DNA of 64,000 nucleotides, from contig CAVWVQ010000003.1 in assembly GCA_963758525.1 (NCBI GenBank), positions 2,976,001-3,040,000 on the forward strand. The letters run 5' to 3'. The translations under genes were made by a program, and so were the position numbers. This DNA is from an uncultured Phycisphaerales bacterium (GTDB taxonomy: Bacteria > Planctomycetota > Phycisphaerae > Tepidisphaerales > Tepidisphaeraceae). The notes beneath the pieces were generated by a model. The model had not been told where the DNA came from and did not search any database. It saw only the letters and a list, made by a program, of their open reading frames with translations. This document shows, piece after piece, positions 1-9,705 of this stretch (position 1 is its first letter; each line of letters opens with the position of its first letter).

Positions 1-624
1 CAACTCAACGTTGCCATCACGCCGCAATTGCAGCTCATGGCATACAAGGACGGCTACACGATCATCCGCTCCGGCGCCCTCAAGGGGGACGGATGGAATG
101 ACATCGGCGCGGGCCTCAAATGGCAATTCCTGCAGGATTACCGAGATCAGCTGTTCGCAGCCGTCGGCGTCGGATACGAGTTCCCGACCGGCGAGAGCAG
201 GGTGCTTGGAAACAAGGAGAACTTCCAGGTGTGGGTCTCCGCGGACAAAGGCATTGGCAACTTCCACCTCGGCGGAACCGTCAATTACCTGCAGGGGGAC
301 GGTGAGCAGGGATTGTTTGGCACGGCCGAAGACCTCGCCGTGCATGTTCACGGCGATTATTTTATCGTGAACTGGCTCAGCTTCGTCGGAGAAGGCAACT
401 ACTATCACCAACTGCGCGATCGTAACGCCGCGCTCCCTATTCAGGGCGGAGACCTCACACAACTGGGAGGCGGCAAAGGCGATGACATCGCCACCTTTGC
501 GGTTGGATTCGAATTGCGTCCCGTCGACCATCTGGCCGTGCGGGCCGTCTACGAGCGCAACGTGCTGCATAACAGCGATATCTTCGACAACCGCGCGACG
601 GTCTCGTTGATTCTTTCGTTCTGA
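1..624 (+). CDS. Outer-membrane beta-barrel-like protein, 5'-partial
   Basis: Frame open from base 1 to TGA at 622-624; alternating amphipathic strands; ends in C-terminal Phe (VSLILSF). Confidence 0.55.
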   Translation, partial: QLNVAITPQLQLMAYKDGYTIIRSGALKGDGWNDIGAGLKWQFLQDYRDQLFAAVGVGYEFPTGESRVLGNKENFQVWVSADKGIGNFHLGGTVNYLQGDGEQGLFGTAEDLAVHVHGDYFIVNWLSFVGEGNYYHQLRDRNAALPIQGGDLTQLGGGKGDDIATFAVGFELRPVDHLAVRAVYERNVLHNSDIFDNRATVSLILSF

Positions 625-648
625 ACCACGCGGTGCCGCGGGCGAATC

Positions 649-2870
649 TCACTCTGCCGCCAGTGCTCCATCGAGCCGTAGCGGCTTGTCCCCGGCCAGC
701 GGCAGGGTGATTTGCCTGTGCCTGTACTGAACGGTGCATGACGTCGGCGTTGGGCTGCGGAGCGTGAGGGAAGTCAGTTCGCCGCCTTTCCACGCGATAT
801 CAACCTCTATGTTTCCCCGGGCACGCAGGCCATGCACGGATCCCGCGGGCCAGGCGGAGGGAAGCGCGGGAAGGATCTGAAGCGTGCCCGTCTGGCTCTG
901 CAACAGCATCTCGGCGATGCCGACGCAGGCCCCGAAGTTGCCGTCGATCTGAAACGGCGGGTGAGCGCAGAATAGATTGCTGTAGACGCCTCCCCCGGCT
1001 CCATAGTTCATCTTCGCGCCTTTGCCGACGATGTGGAGAAAGTTGTGGAGGAGCGTGTGGGCGTGGTCGCCGTCGAGCAGGCGCGCCCAGAAGTTGATGC
1101 GCCAGGCCATCGCCCAGCCGGTGGAAAGATCGCCGCGATGGGTCAACGAGACGGCGGCGGCCTTGGACAGATCCGGCGTCGTCAGAGGTGAGATCTCCCG
1201 CCCCGGATACAGCGCGAACAAGTGAGAGACGTGGCGGTGCGTATCGTTGGGGTCGTCCCGGTCCGTCATCCATTCCTTGAGCTGTCCCCATTTCCCCACC
1301 GCCGGTTTGGCCAGCTTGTCGCGCATCGCCACCACCTCGGCGCGGAAATCGGCGTCACAGTCCAGCACCTTCGACGCTTCGATGCAGTTGTCGAACAGAT
1401 TCCAGACGATCTCCTGGTCATAGGTGACGCCCGGCTCCTCGGGGCCGTGCTCGGGCGACCAGCCGTCAGGGGTCACCAGCGTTCCGTCGGGAAGGGCAAT
1501 GAGGTGGTCCTGCCAGAATTCGCAGACCTCCTTCATCACCGGATAAGCGACATTGCGGAGAAACTCCTTATCGACGCTGAACGCGTAATGTTCCCAGAAT
1601 TGCAGGCAATACCAGGCCGAGCCGGGCGGATTCCACTTGAAGCTGCCCGCTCCGAAGATGTTGTTTTCCGTCTGCACGGTCCAGCCGCGAACCGACTTCT
1701 TCGGCACCGCCGGGGATTTCACGCCGTTGAGATAATACGCGTGAGTCTGCTCCTTTCGCACCTCGCGCAGCGAGTCGACATAAGTGAAGAACGGCATGGC
1801 GCATTCGGACAGATTCGTCTCCTCCGCGGGCCAATAGTTCATCTCGATGTTGATGTTGGAATGATAATCACACTTCCATGGCGGATTGTTCGAGTCGTTC
1901 CACAGTCCCTGCAGATTTGCCGGCAGCGCCGTACGCGATGAAGAGATCAGCAGATATCTTCCAAACTGAAAGAGCAATGCCTCCAGCGCCGGATCACCCT
2001 GCTTCGCATAGGCGATGAGCCGCTGGTCGGTCGGCAGCGACTCTGCCCCCGTCGGCGCCGCGCCAGATCGATCGCGACCCGGCTGAAGAGCTTCTGATAA
2101 TCCGCGACGTGCTCGGCCAGGAGCTGATCGAGCGGCATCTTCGCGGCCGCCTCAAGCCCGGCCGTCAGACGCGCATGCGGAGGATCACTACGCCAGTGCC
2201 TGGATCGCTGATTGATGTAGTTGGTTCGCGCATTGAAGAAGATGACAAAGCCGTCCGCATGATCGAGTCGGATTCCGTCACCGCCGGCCGAGAGCGTGCC
2301 GCCCTGATGGATGACGATCAGTTGCGATTCAAACTGCAGTCCGTTCTTGAGCGCGCCGCCGGCGGTGATGCGATTCCCCTCGGCTGTCGACGGATTGCCG
2401 TGCGCATCGGCAAATGTGATCAGCCCCGAATACGCGCCGGGCTTGTCGGCCGTGAACTGAAAGATCATCGCCTCCGCCGGATGGCTGGCGAAATAGCTGC
2501 GGCGATACGCGATGCCGTCGGCGTTGTATTGGACGCTCTGAATCGCTCGCGAGAGATCCAGTTCCCGGCGATAGCCGGACGCGGCGCCATGCGAAAGTTC
2601 AATCTTGATGTCGCCCAGACTCTGATATTCGCCGGTCGCGTTCTCGTCTCCTTCCCAGAGTGAGTCTTCGTTCACCTGCAGCCGCTCGTGCTGGGGATCG
2701 CCGAAGATCATCGCGCCGATCCGCCCGTTGCCGATCGGCATCGCCTGTGTCTGCCAATCCGCGGCCGGTTCGGTATACCACAATGCCAGCTTCACAGCGG
2801 GAGCGGATGGCGCAGCGTTCGCCGTCGCCCACATAACCAGGCTCGCGAGGATCGGGATCGCCAAAGACAC
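649..2870 (-). CDS. Glycoside hydrolase family 95 (alpha-1,2-L-fucosidase-like), split by one frameshift at ~2063
   Basis: N-part: signal peptide, LWYTEPA..W..AMPIGNGRIGAM, QVNEDSLW. C-part: LFQFGRYLLISSSR, PANLQGLWN, NINIEMNYWP, HRHVSHL, HPPFQIDGNFG. Confidence 0.9.
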
Positions 2871-2929
2871 TACTAAGTTGGAGTTCAGGAGTCGTTCCTT
2901 TCCGTTCCTTGCCCGGACACGGCGCGTCG

Positions 2930-2977
2930 TTGTGCAGGCGTCTCGCGCCGGAGCAGGCTGGAAGTCTGTCCTACAAC
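2930..2977. repeat. REP-like palindrome, related to 14969-15013
   Basis: ttgtgcaggc...gagcaggctggaagtctgtcctacaa resembles ttgtggtgcaggc...gagcaggctgggagcctgcaccacaa. Confidence 0.45.
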
Positions 2978-3119
2978 TCGCGCAACCGGTTCGTCACAAT
3001 ACCCGGGTTCCGCCAGAGAACGTACCCGGCGAGATCATGGTCGTCGATGCTGTCAGTAGCGGATCTGACTGCCGATGGTGGGGCGATCCAACTGATCGCT
3101 TGATCGCCGCGTGCCGCTG

Positions 3120-3240
3120 TCACGAAATGGATCCCAGCGTCAGCACGAAAATCAGCGTCGAGTTCGCCGGAATCCATCCCTTGCGCGTCGCTCCGAATTC
3201 CCTGAGCCGGCGGGATCAGCACGATGCGTTCGCTGCTCCG
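3120..3240 (-). pseudogene. C-terminal remnant of an FKBP-type peptidyl-prolyl isomerase
   Basis: With one frameshift reads ERIVLIPPAQG/FGATRKGWIPANSTLIFVLTLGSIS*, matching the FKBP R.l.IPP..GYG.....IP.NSTLIF.v.L terminus; no N-terminal part present. Confidence 0.65.
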
Positions 3241-3242
3241 GA

Positions 3243-3665
3243 TCAGGTGCAGACAAGGTCGGTTTCGACATTCGATTCTTCAGCAACCTTCAGAAGCTTG
3301 CGATAGGTTATCGTTGCAACATCTTCTGGACCGAGATCACTCGTCCACAGTTTTGCCCGGAAGAGGTGAACGAGACGCACCCGCCCGTCATGAATTTCGA
3401 TCTTGAACCCGGGCACCTTTTGCACCACGTCCCGGTAAAAGCGGGAGACGCTCTTGATGAGTGATCCGACAATTTCGTCGGTCTCGTGGCTATAGTATAC
3501 GGTGACAAGATCGTCGATGCGCTCGCCATAAAAGCTGTCTGGCTTGGCGATGAATTCGATGCAATCGCCGTCCGGGTCAAACGTCGCCGAGGGCTCGAAT
3601 GGCGGTGCCTTTTCAGCGAGCTTCAGCATGTGTTCCGCGAATTCCGCGCTGGACATGGCACTCAT
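3243..3665 (-). CDS. Putative antitoxin-like protein (DUF2283-like)
   Basis: FDPDGDCIEF...ERIDDLVTVYYS..TDEIVG motif; ATG at 3665 overlaps the upstream stop (ATGA). Confidence 0.5.
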   Translation of the reverse strand: MSAMSSAEFAEHMLKLAEKAPPFEPSATFDPDGDCIEFIAKPDSFYGERIDDLVTVYYSHETDEIVGSLIKSVSRFYRDVVQKVPGFKIEIHDGRVRLVHLFRAKLWTSDLGPEDVATITYRKLLKVAEESNVETDLVCT

Positions 3666-4099
3666 CGCAGTCTCCGGTTGAAGCGTGTGGCATGGTCTAT
3701 TGGAAGCTGCGGATTGTCGGGGTCGCACTTCTCCCATCGCCAATTGTATGCTATTCGCTCATTGTTGATAAACACAAGGTACACTTCGTCTGGAAACGGC
3801 GGGCCTTTTGACCCATCGATCCGATAACTGCTTGCAGGCAGACCGCAGTAACACCGCCAGCCAGCTCCCGATTCGTAACGATCTTCGTCCTCGTCCAATC
3901 GGATGCCTTCGAAGACTGATGTGGGATCGAGCAGAATGCCGGGGAGAATATATGCACACTCGCTGGCCTGTACGATCCCCCGTCTGGCGACGGCGTGCAT
4001 TCGGCGGTACGAGATCTGGACCTTGTAGAACCGTCCGCTCTCGGGTTCGAGAGCGTCAAGAAGGATGTTATCGCGGCGCGATCCGCCAGCGGGAGCCAT
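3662..4099 (-). CDS. Putative toxin-like protein (possible BECR/RelE-like RNase fold)
   Basis: 145 aa; L.DP..VFEG....W.CY....VYLVFIN pattern; coupled to the DUF2283-like gene; more AT-rich than flanks. Confidence 0.4.
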   Translation of the reverse strand: MAPAGGSRRDNILLDALEPESGRFYKVQISYRRMHAVARRGIVQASECAYILPGILLDPTSVFEGIRLDEDEDRYESGAGWRCYCGLPASSYRIDGSKGPPFPDEVYLVFINNERIAYNWRWEKCDPDNPQLPIDHATRFNRRLR

Positions 4100-4106
4100 C
4101 GCGCGT

Positions 4107-4134
4107 AAGGTACACGTCCCGAGGGATCTTGCAA
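4107..4134 (-). promoter_or_regulatory. Candidate sigma70-type promoter giving a leaderless transcript
   Basis: TTGCAA-16 nt-TACCTT-7 nt-ATG(4099) on the minus strand. Confidence 0.35.
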
Positions 4135-4172
4135 GTTATCCACGAACCCAGGCGAGTTTGCTCTTTTCCCCT

Positions 4173-5429
4173 TCACTTCTGATACAGCGGCAAATACCGA
4201 TACGGCACGCACAGCGCCAGAACTGCCATCGACGTTCGGTACGCATCCCCCGCTTCCTGTTCCTGGCCGCTGCCGCCCGCGAAGCTGCCGTTGGGTTGCT
4301 GAAGCGTGAGCAGCGTGTCTCTCAATCTTGGATAGAGACTGGACCAGTAAGTTCCGCCAAGTTGATTGAGTGCCTGGGCATTGTAGTAGATGGCGTAGTA
4401 GTAGAACTCCATGCCGGGGTTGTCGGGCGGATTTTTGACGAGCCAGTCGCCGGCGGCTTTGGCCTCGGGGGAATCGTGCTGGCCGAGCAGTTCCATGGAG
4501 AGGATGCCGGTGCCGCTGCGGGCCTGGTTAGGGGGGCCTCCGGGTTGATAGCTGAACCCGCCGCCGTTGGCGGCGCTGCGGCGGACGTATTCCCGGCCGG
4601 CCTCGAGCGCGCTGCGGGGGACGGCCGCGCCGCAGTTGGCGGCGCCGCGAAGCGCCATCAGTTGCCACCCGGTGCAGGAGATATCCGAGTCGGGGCTTGC
4701 GGGCTGATAGCGCCAGCCGCCCTGGTATTGGGGAGCCTTCTGAACCGCCTGCGCGTCGAGCGTGAGCTTGACAGCTTTCGCCAACGCCTTCTCAATTTTC
4801 TCCCGGCGAGTGTCGTCGACCATGCCATAGACTTCCGAGAGCATCACGGAGCTGATGCCGTGCTCATACATGACCGCGTTGCCCCCCTCGGCTTTCGAGA
4901 GCAGGCCGCTGGGGCGCTGCATGCTGATCACATAATCGATCGTTCGATTGAGCAATTCGCCGTAGGGCCCCTGGCCCGGAACATTGCCGCGGGCGAGAAA
5001 CGCCATGACTGCCAGCGAAGGGACTGCGGTGGAGGATGCCTGACCCGCTTGCCAGGTGCCGTCGGGGCGCTGCGCATCTTTCAGAAAGAGCAGGGCACGA
5101 TCGACAGAATCGCGCACGTTGGCCGGCACCGGCTCGTCTTCCTCGGCACGCAAAAAGGGACAGAGGGTGAGAAAGACGATGAGGATAGGCACGAAGGGGA
5201 AAGGCACGGAGGGGAAAGGCACGAAGGCACAAAGGCACGAAGGCACGAAGGCACGGAGGTCGAGGGGAGCGTTTCCAGGTGCCCCATGTCGTCGTCGATG
5301 CGTTCGCTGCCTCCAAAATCCCACCTGATCTCTTCCCCCTTCCTTCCCTTCGTGCCTTCGTGCCTTCGTGCCTCCGTGCCTTTCCCCTCCGTGCCTTCGT
5401 GCCTTCGTGCCTTTAGCCATCATCATCAT
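4173..5429 (-). CDS. Prenyltransferase/squalene-cyclase-repeat protein, exported; N-terminus encoded by an inverted repeat element
   Basis: FL..AQRPDGTW, GGWRYQP....SD.S.TGWQLMAL, QQPNGSF repeats; ATG 5429 overlaps the upstream TGA. Confidence 0.8.
   Translation of the reverse strand: MMMMAKGTKARRHGGERHGGTKARRHEGKEGGRDQVGFWRQRTHRRRHGAPGNAPLDLRAFVPSCLCAFVPFPSVPFPFVPILIVFLTLCPFLRAEEDEPVPANVRDSVDRALLFLKDAQRPDGTWQAGQASSTAVPSLAVMAFLARGNVPGQGPYGELLNRTIDYVISMQRPSGLLSKAEGGNAVMYEHGISSVMLSEVYGMVDDTRREKIEKALAKAVKLTLDAQAVQKAPQYQGGWRYQPASPDSDISCTGWQLMALRGAANCGAAVPRSALEAGREYVRRSAANGGGFSYQPGGPPNQARSGTGILSMELLGQHDSPEAKAAGDWLVKNPPDNPGMEFYYYAIYYNAQALNQLGGTYWSSLYPRLRDTLLTLQQPNGSFAGGSGQEQEAGDAYRTSMAVLALCVPYRYLPLYQK
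5187..5413. repeat. Inverted arms of tandem octamer (AGGCACGA)n / (TCGTGCCT)n
   Basis: Left arm 5187-5259, right arm 5347-5413, ~87 bp spacer. Confidence 0.9.
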
Positions 5430-8400
5430 TGCTGCTCCGCGGTTGCGCCATTTTCGGCTTGCTCGCGCGCGATCCTGACATAGTAGTTCTTGATCATCTC
5501 CCGATACGAAGCGGGCCCGCTTTGCTGGGCGGCGTTGAGCAGCTCTTTGCGCATCAGCGTGGGGAGCCGCGCCCAGTCGCCGGCGCTGATCCCCATTGAT
5601 TTCACGGCTTCGGGCGCGCCGCTGCCGCCGGCTTCCTGCGGAGCGATTCCGTTCACGGAAACCAGCGCGGGCATCGGAACGCTCGTCGGCTTGCCAGGCT
5701 TGCCCGGCTCCTGCCCGGCCGTTTGCGCATCATCGGGCTGTCCTTGGTGCGGCTGTCCGGGCTGCGCCTGCGCGTTGGCCTGGGCGGCTTGCCGCAGCGC
5801 GTTGGCCGCTTCCTGAGCGGCTTGCGGATTGGGCTGCAACGCCTGTGGCTGAACTGCCGCCGCCTCCTGCGCGGCTTGCGCCGCCTGCTGGCGCGCGTGC
5901 TCGGGAGTTTGCTGGGGCTGATCGGCACTCGCCTGATCTCCTGCATCGGGATGCTCGCCATCTGCGTGCCCCTGGGCGGCCTGGGCTTTCCCCGAATCCG
6001 GATGGCCCTGGTCGGAATCCGGGTGATCGTTGTTCGCATCCGAGTGCGACTGCTCGGCATCGGGATGCGCCGCATCGGCGTTGGCCTGCTCGGCGTGCTC
6101 CAGGCCGCGAAGAGCAGTCTGCGCCTGAGCCAGCGCCTGCTGCGCCGCCTCCTGATGCTCGGCGGCGTGCGGGGCGTCGCCGTGCTGCTCGGCCCCGGCG
6201 GCCTGCTGCTGCTCGCGCGCCGCTTGCTGCAATTGCTTCTGCGTTTCCGCCGCGCAATGCGCGACATCGCTGTCGTCGGCCTGATGCGCCTGCTGCGCCA
6301 GTGCGTCGGCCTGTCGCGCGTCCTGGTTTGCCTGGTCGGCAAGTTGCTGCTGTTCTTGCGCCGCCTGCTGTTGCGGCTCCGCGTTTTCGCGGGCGTGCGC
6401 TACCGCGGGCCGCTCTTCGTCGGCGGCGTGCGCAAGCGCGTCCTGCGCGGCGGCGAGCTGCTTCGCCTGTTGCGCGGCGTCGTCTGCAGACTGATGTTGC
6501 TCCGCTTTCGCTTCCGCCTGGTCGGCTTTGGCGTTGTCTGCCGCGGCGCGGGCGAGTTCCTTCGCCGCTCGATGCAGTTCCTGGGCCGCCTGGGCGAGAT
6601 CCTTCGTTGACTCGTGATGATCTGCCGCGTGTTCGGCGGCTTGCGCGTCCTGCGCCGCCTGCTCGGCATCGTGATGGGCCGCTTGTGCTTCTTCCTGAGC
6701 ATGCGGGTCGTTGGGGTGCAGTGCATCGGCCTGCTGCTCGATCGCCTGCGCGGCGGCGGCGACGTGCTGCTCTGCCGCGTCGTTCGCGTCCGGCGGGTCC
6801 GGCTGATGCGCGTCTCGCGCCAGCTCATCTGCCGCGTGGTTTGCCTGATCCTTTGCCTGTTGGGCTGCCTGGGCGTCTTGCTGGTCCTTTTGCTGCGCGG
6901 CCTGCTGCTCGGGCGTGTGGTTCGGGTCGTGCGCGGCTGCCTGCTGCTGAAGTTGCCGGGCATTCTGCCGAAGCTGATCGGCCTGCTGCTTCATCTGCGC
7001 GGCAGCATTGTCGGCATCGTTCCGGTTCAGCGCCGCGATAATGCTTTTCTGCTGATCCGCGTTGGGCGGCTGCGCTTGGGCCGCGTCCAGCGGCTGCTTC
7101 TCCTGCCGGGCAAAACGCTGAATTTCGTCGTTGAGCTTCTGCTGCTGATCGGCCAGCTTGTTGGCGCGATCCTGTGCCTGCTGAAGCTCGTCCTGCTTGG
7201 CGGTCTGATCCTGCTGGCGGGTCTGCTGATTTTGCAGATCGGTAATACGATTGGCCAAATCCGCCAGATGTTGTGCAACCTGCTGCGCGCGATCATCGCG
7301 CAGGGCGGGATTATGCTGCAGCGCCTCCTGCAGCTTCTGCATGGCCTCGCGCTGCCGTTCCTCGTTTCGAGCTTTCTGCTCCGGATGGTCGGCAAAACCC
7401 TTGGCGGCTTCCGCCTGCAGGTGTGCCGCCTGCTGAAGATCGCGCTGCGCGGCGGCCTGCTCGCGGGCCGGCTGAATGTCATTGCGAATCTGCTGCAGTT
7501 TGTCGCGCGCCTTGGCAATCTGCTGCTGCGCGGCAGCCGCCTGCTCGTTTCTCTGCTCAGGACGATCCGCCGCCAGCTCCGCTTTGGCCGCATCCTCCGC
7601 GGCATGCCGGATCTCCTGCGCGGCCACGTCATCAGCCTTCTTTGCCACGTCCGCAAAAGGTGTGTCGGCCTCGTGCTGCGCCTCGTCGTGCAGTTCTTTG
7701 CTCGCCTCAGCCAGATGCTGTTCGGCTGCCTGCGCGTTCTCGCGATTCTGATCGACCATCGGGTTGTTCGGATCGTTGTTGCGCAGCGCCGCGCTCCTGG
7801 CCTCGGCTTCGTTGAGCTTCTGGATCGCCTGATCCAGCGCGCGGTTTAACTCGCGGGCGGTGCGCTCGTCCTGCTTTTGGGTGAAGCTCTGCGCGTTGCG
7901 ATCGATGATGAGCGTCTGCCTCGCGGAAAAGGCGGACTGCGGATCGGGATCGCGGTTGTCGGAAGCCTTGAGCTGATAGGTAATGCGATTGGGATTGTCG
8001 GCGCTGCTCTGTGCGATGATCGAAGCAATGTCCAGCACAAACGTCTGTTTGATCTGGCGACGATCGCCGGCGGGCAGATGCAGCACGCGCTCCTCCGGCG
8101 GATTCTCGTCGGTTCCGACCAGCGCCACGATCGACGCGACGCCAAAGTCGTCCGTCGCCAGATACCCAACGGGAACGGTGTCGTCCGGACGAACCGTTTC
8201 CGATGCGCCCGGCGTAAGAATGCTGATCGTTGGCGGCTGATCAAAATGCGCGATGATGTTGCGAAGTTGGTTGTCCCGGTTCGTCAGATCAAATTCGTTG
8301 CAGAGCTGAATTCGATACTGCGCGCTGCGGCTGATGATGAAGCTTGCCTGATAGTCATTGCCCGTCAGCGGCGTCAGGGGAACCACCGTCCGCGTGGGCT

Positions 8401-9478
8401 TGTCCTCGTCGATGAGCACCTGGTTCTGGTGATCGGCTTGATCGACGAGCCTGCCGGAAGCGTGAATGGTGAGGGTGACTTTTGTCCCCGCGAGGGCCTC
8501 GATTGTGCCATCGCTGGCGGCAGCGATTTTTGTCTCGATGCCGGTATACGCCGGGAAGTCATAGCGAAGATCGACGCTCACCACGCCCGGTCTTGGATTG
8601 ACCTTCGCGGTAAACCAGGCCGAATCGACTGAATCCGTCCGCACCATGTACGCGAACCCCTGCTGCAGATCGGAGAGCTTCGCCTGAAATTCGCGCGGAC
8701 GGATGGGATCGAGCGCGCGGGAGACGGTCTGGCCCGAGGGATATTTGATCACAAGCGCTGCGTGGTCGGTGCTTGCCGATTCGCTGGCCGCTTCCTTCGA
8801 CAGCTTCGCGGTAATCTCCAGATCGTCACCCTGCGCCAGCGTCACATCTCCGGGATGAACTGCAATCTTCGAAAGCGACGCCGGAAGCCCCGCGCCCATG
8901 GGATTGAAGAGCCGAAAGAGGCCCGCCTCGACCGGCAGCGGATGGATGAGGGCGAACAGCAGCCAGGTCAGGAGCACGGGCGCCAGATAGATTCCCCAGC
9001 GCGTCACGCGCCCGGTGCGGATGATCATCTCGGGATCGATTCCCCCCGCGTCCTTCTCCGCCTGGCGAAGCAGATGCGACAGCAGCGCCGCCGAGCCGCG
9101 GAATCGATCGTCATTTTCATCGGCCAGTTCGACGGCGCTGCTGAGCCGTTCCTGCATCCCCGGGGCCGACTGCTCAACCTGCAGCGCTGCCTGGCTGAGG
9201 CTCCAGCGCCGCAGCGCCGGCCGCAGAAATCGAATCGCCGTCCACAGCACCGCGCCCCACGTGGCAAACGCCAGCGGCACGCGCAGCACGCGCGGCATTC
9301 CCTCAAAATATCCGAGCATCAACGCGCCCAGCAGCAGGGCGATCAATCCAAAGGTGAGCGATTGAAGCGTTCCCACCGCGGCGACGACGATCCAGTGCCG
9401 CCGCGCGATCTCGCGAAGCGGTTTGCGAATCAGCTCCGAAATCCCGACGGAGCTAATCGGCCCAGAGAATGCTGACAT
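5426..9478 (-). CDS. Large membrane-anchored coiled-coil protein (DUF4175-like, planctomycete type)
   Basis: 3 N-terminal TM segments, ERLSSAVEL, ATDDFGV, long Q/A-rich coil, C-terminal W..LP...YREMIKNYY. Confidence 0.75.
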   Translation of the reverse strand: MSAFSGPISSVGISELIRKPLREIARRHWIVVAAVGTLQSLTFGLIALLLGALMLGYFEGMPRVLRVPLAFATWGAVLWTAIRFLRPALRRWSLSQAALQVEQSAPGMQERLSSAVELADENDDRFRGSAALLSHLLRQAEKDAGGIDPEMIIRTGRVTRWGIYLAPVLLTWLLFALIHPLPVEAGLFRLFNPMGAGLPASLSKIAVHPGDVTLAQGDDLEITAKLSKEAASESASTDHAALVIKYPSGQTVSRALDPIRPREFQAKLSDLQQGFAYMVRTDSVDSAWFTAKVNPRPGVVSVDLRYDFPAYTGIETKIAAASDGTIEALAGTKVTLTIHASGRLVDQADHQNQVLIDEDKPTRTVVPLTPLTGNDYQASFIISRSAQYRIQLCNEFDLTNRDNQLRNIIAHFDQPPTISILTPGASETVRPDDTVPVGYLATDDFGVASIVALVGTDENPPEERVLHLPAGDRRQIKQTFVLDIASIIAQSSADNPNRITYQLKASDNRDPDPQSAFSARQTLIIDRNAQSFTQKQDERTARELNRALDQAIQKLNEAEARSAALRNNDPNNPMVDQNRENAQAAEQHLAEASKELHDEAQHEADTPFADVAKKADDVAAQEIRHAAEDAAKAELAADRPEQRNEQAAAAQQQIAKARDKLQQIRNDIQPAREQAAAQRDLQQAAHLQAEAAKGFADHPEQKARNEERQREAMQKLQEALQHNPALRDDRAQQVAQHLADLANRITDLQNQQTRQQDQTAKQDELQQAQDRANKLADQQQKLNDEIQRFARQEKQPLDAAQAQPPNADQQKSIIAALNRNDADNAAAQMKQQADQLRQNARQLQQQAAAHDPNHTPEQQAAQQKDQQDAQAAQQAKDQANHAADELARDAHQPDPPDANDAAEQHVAAAAQAIEQQADALHPNDPHAQEEAQAAHHDAEQAAQDAQAAEHAADHHESTKDLAQAAQELHRAAKELARAAADNAKADQAEAKAEQHQSADDAAQQAKQLAAAQDALAHAADEERPAVAHARENAEPQQQAAQEQQQLADQANQDARQADALAQQAHQADDSDVAHCAAETQKQLQQAAREQQQAAGAEQHGDAPHAAEHQEAAQQALAQAQTALRGLEHAEQANADAAHPDAEQSHSDANNDHPDSDQGHPDSGKAQAAQGHADGEHPDAGDQASADQPQQTPEHARQQAAQAAQEAAAVQPQALQPNPQAAQEAANALRQAAQANAQAQPGQPHQGQPDDAQTAGQEPGKPGKPTSVPMPALVSVNGIAPQEAGGSGAPEAVKSMGISAGDWARLPTLMRKELLNAAQQSGPASYREMIKNYYVRIAREQAENGATAEQQ

Positions 9479-9705
9479 GGGAAGCCTCCCGGAGCGCGCA
9501 TGCCGCTCACAGCGACATCACATTAGTTTTGCTACTGCCTGATAGGAAGGGCGTTGCGGAGAATTCGCAGGATTGGCGATCTGAACGCGACGGAACCTCC
9601 TCCAAATGCGCCTATCGGAAAAAGATTGGATTCGCCCGCCGATTTTCATACACTGCGGTGCTGAAAGCAGGGGAGCCGCGACGGTTTCGAGAAAGGATCC
9701 TTTTT

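Noticed and set aside
2971..3222. 83-aa ORF as an independent gene
   Set aside because: Better explained as the out-of-frame continuation of the FKBP remnant
5596..7849. Long + strand ORFs (481, 411, 295 aa) and similar antisense ORFs elsewhere (e.g. 12706-14499, 43386-44888, 62108-63607)
   Set aside because: Shadow frames of high-GC genes with recognisable products on the other strand
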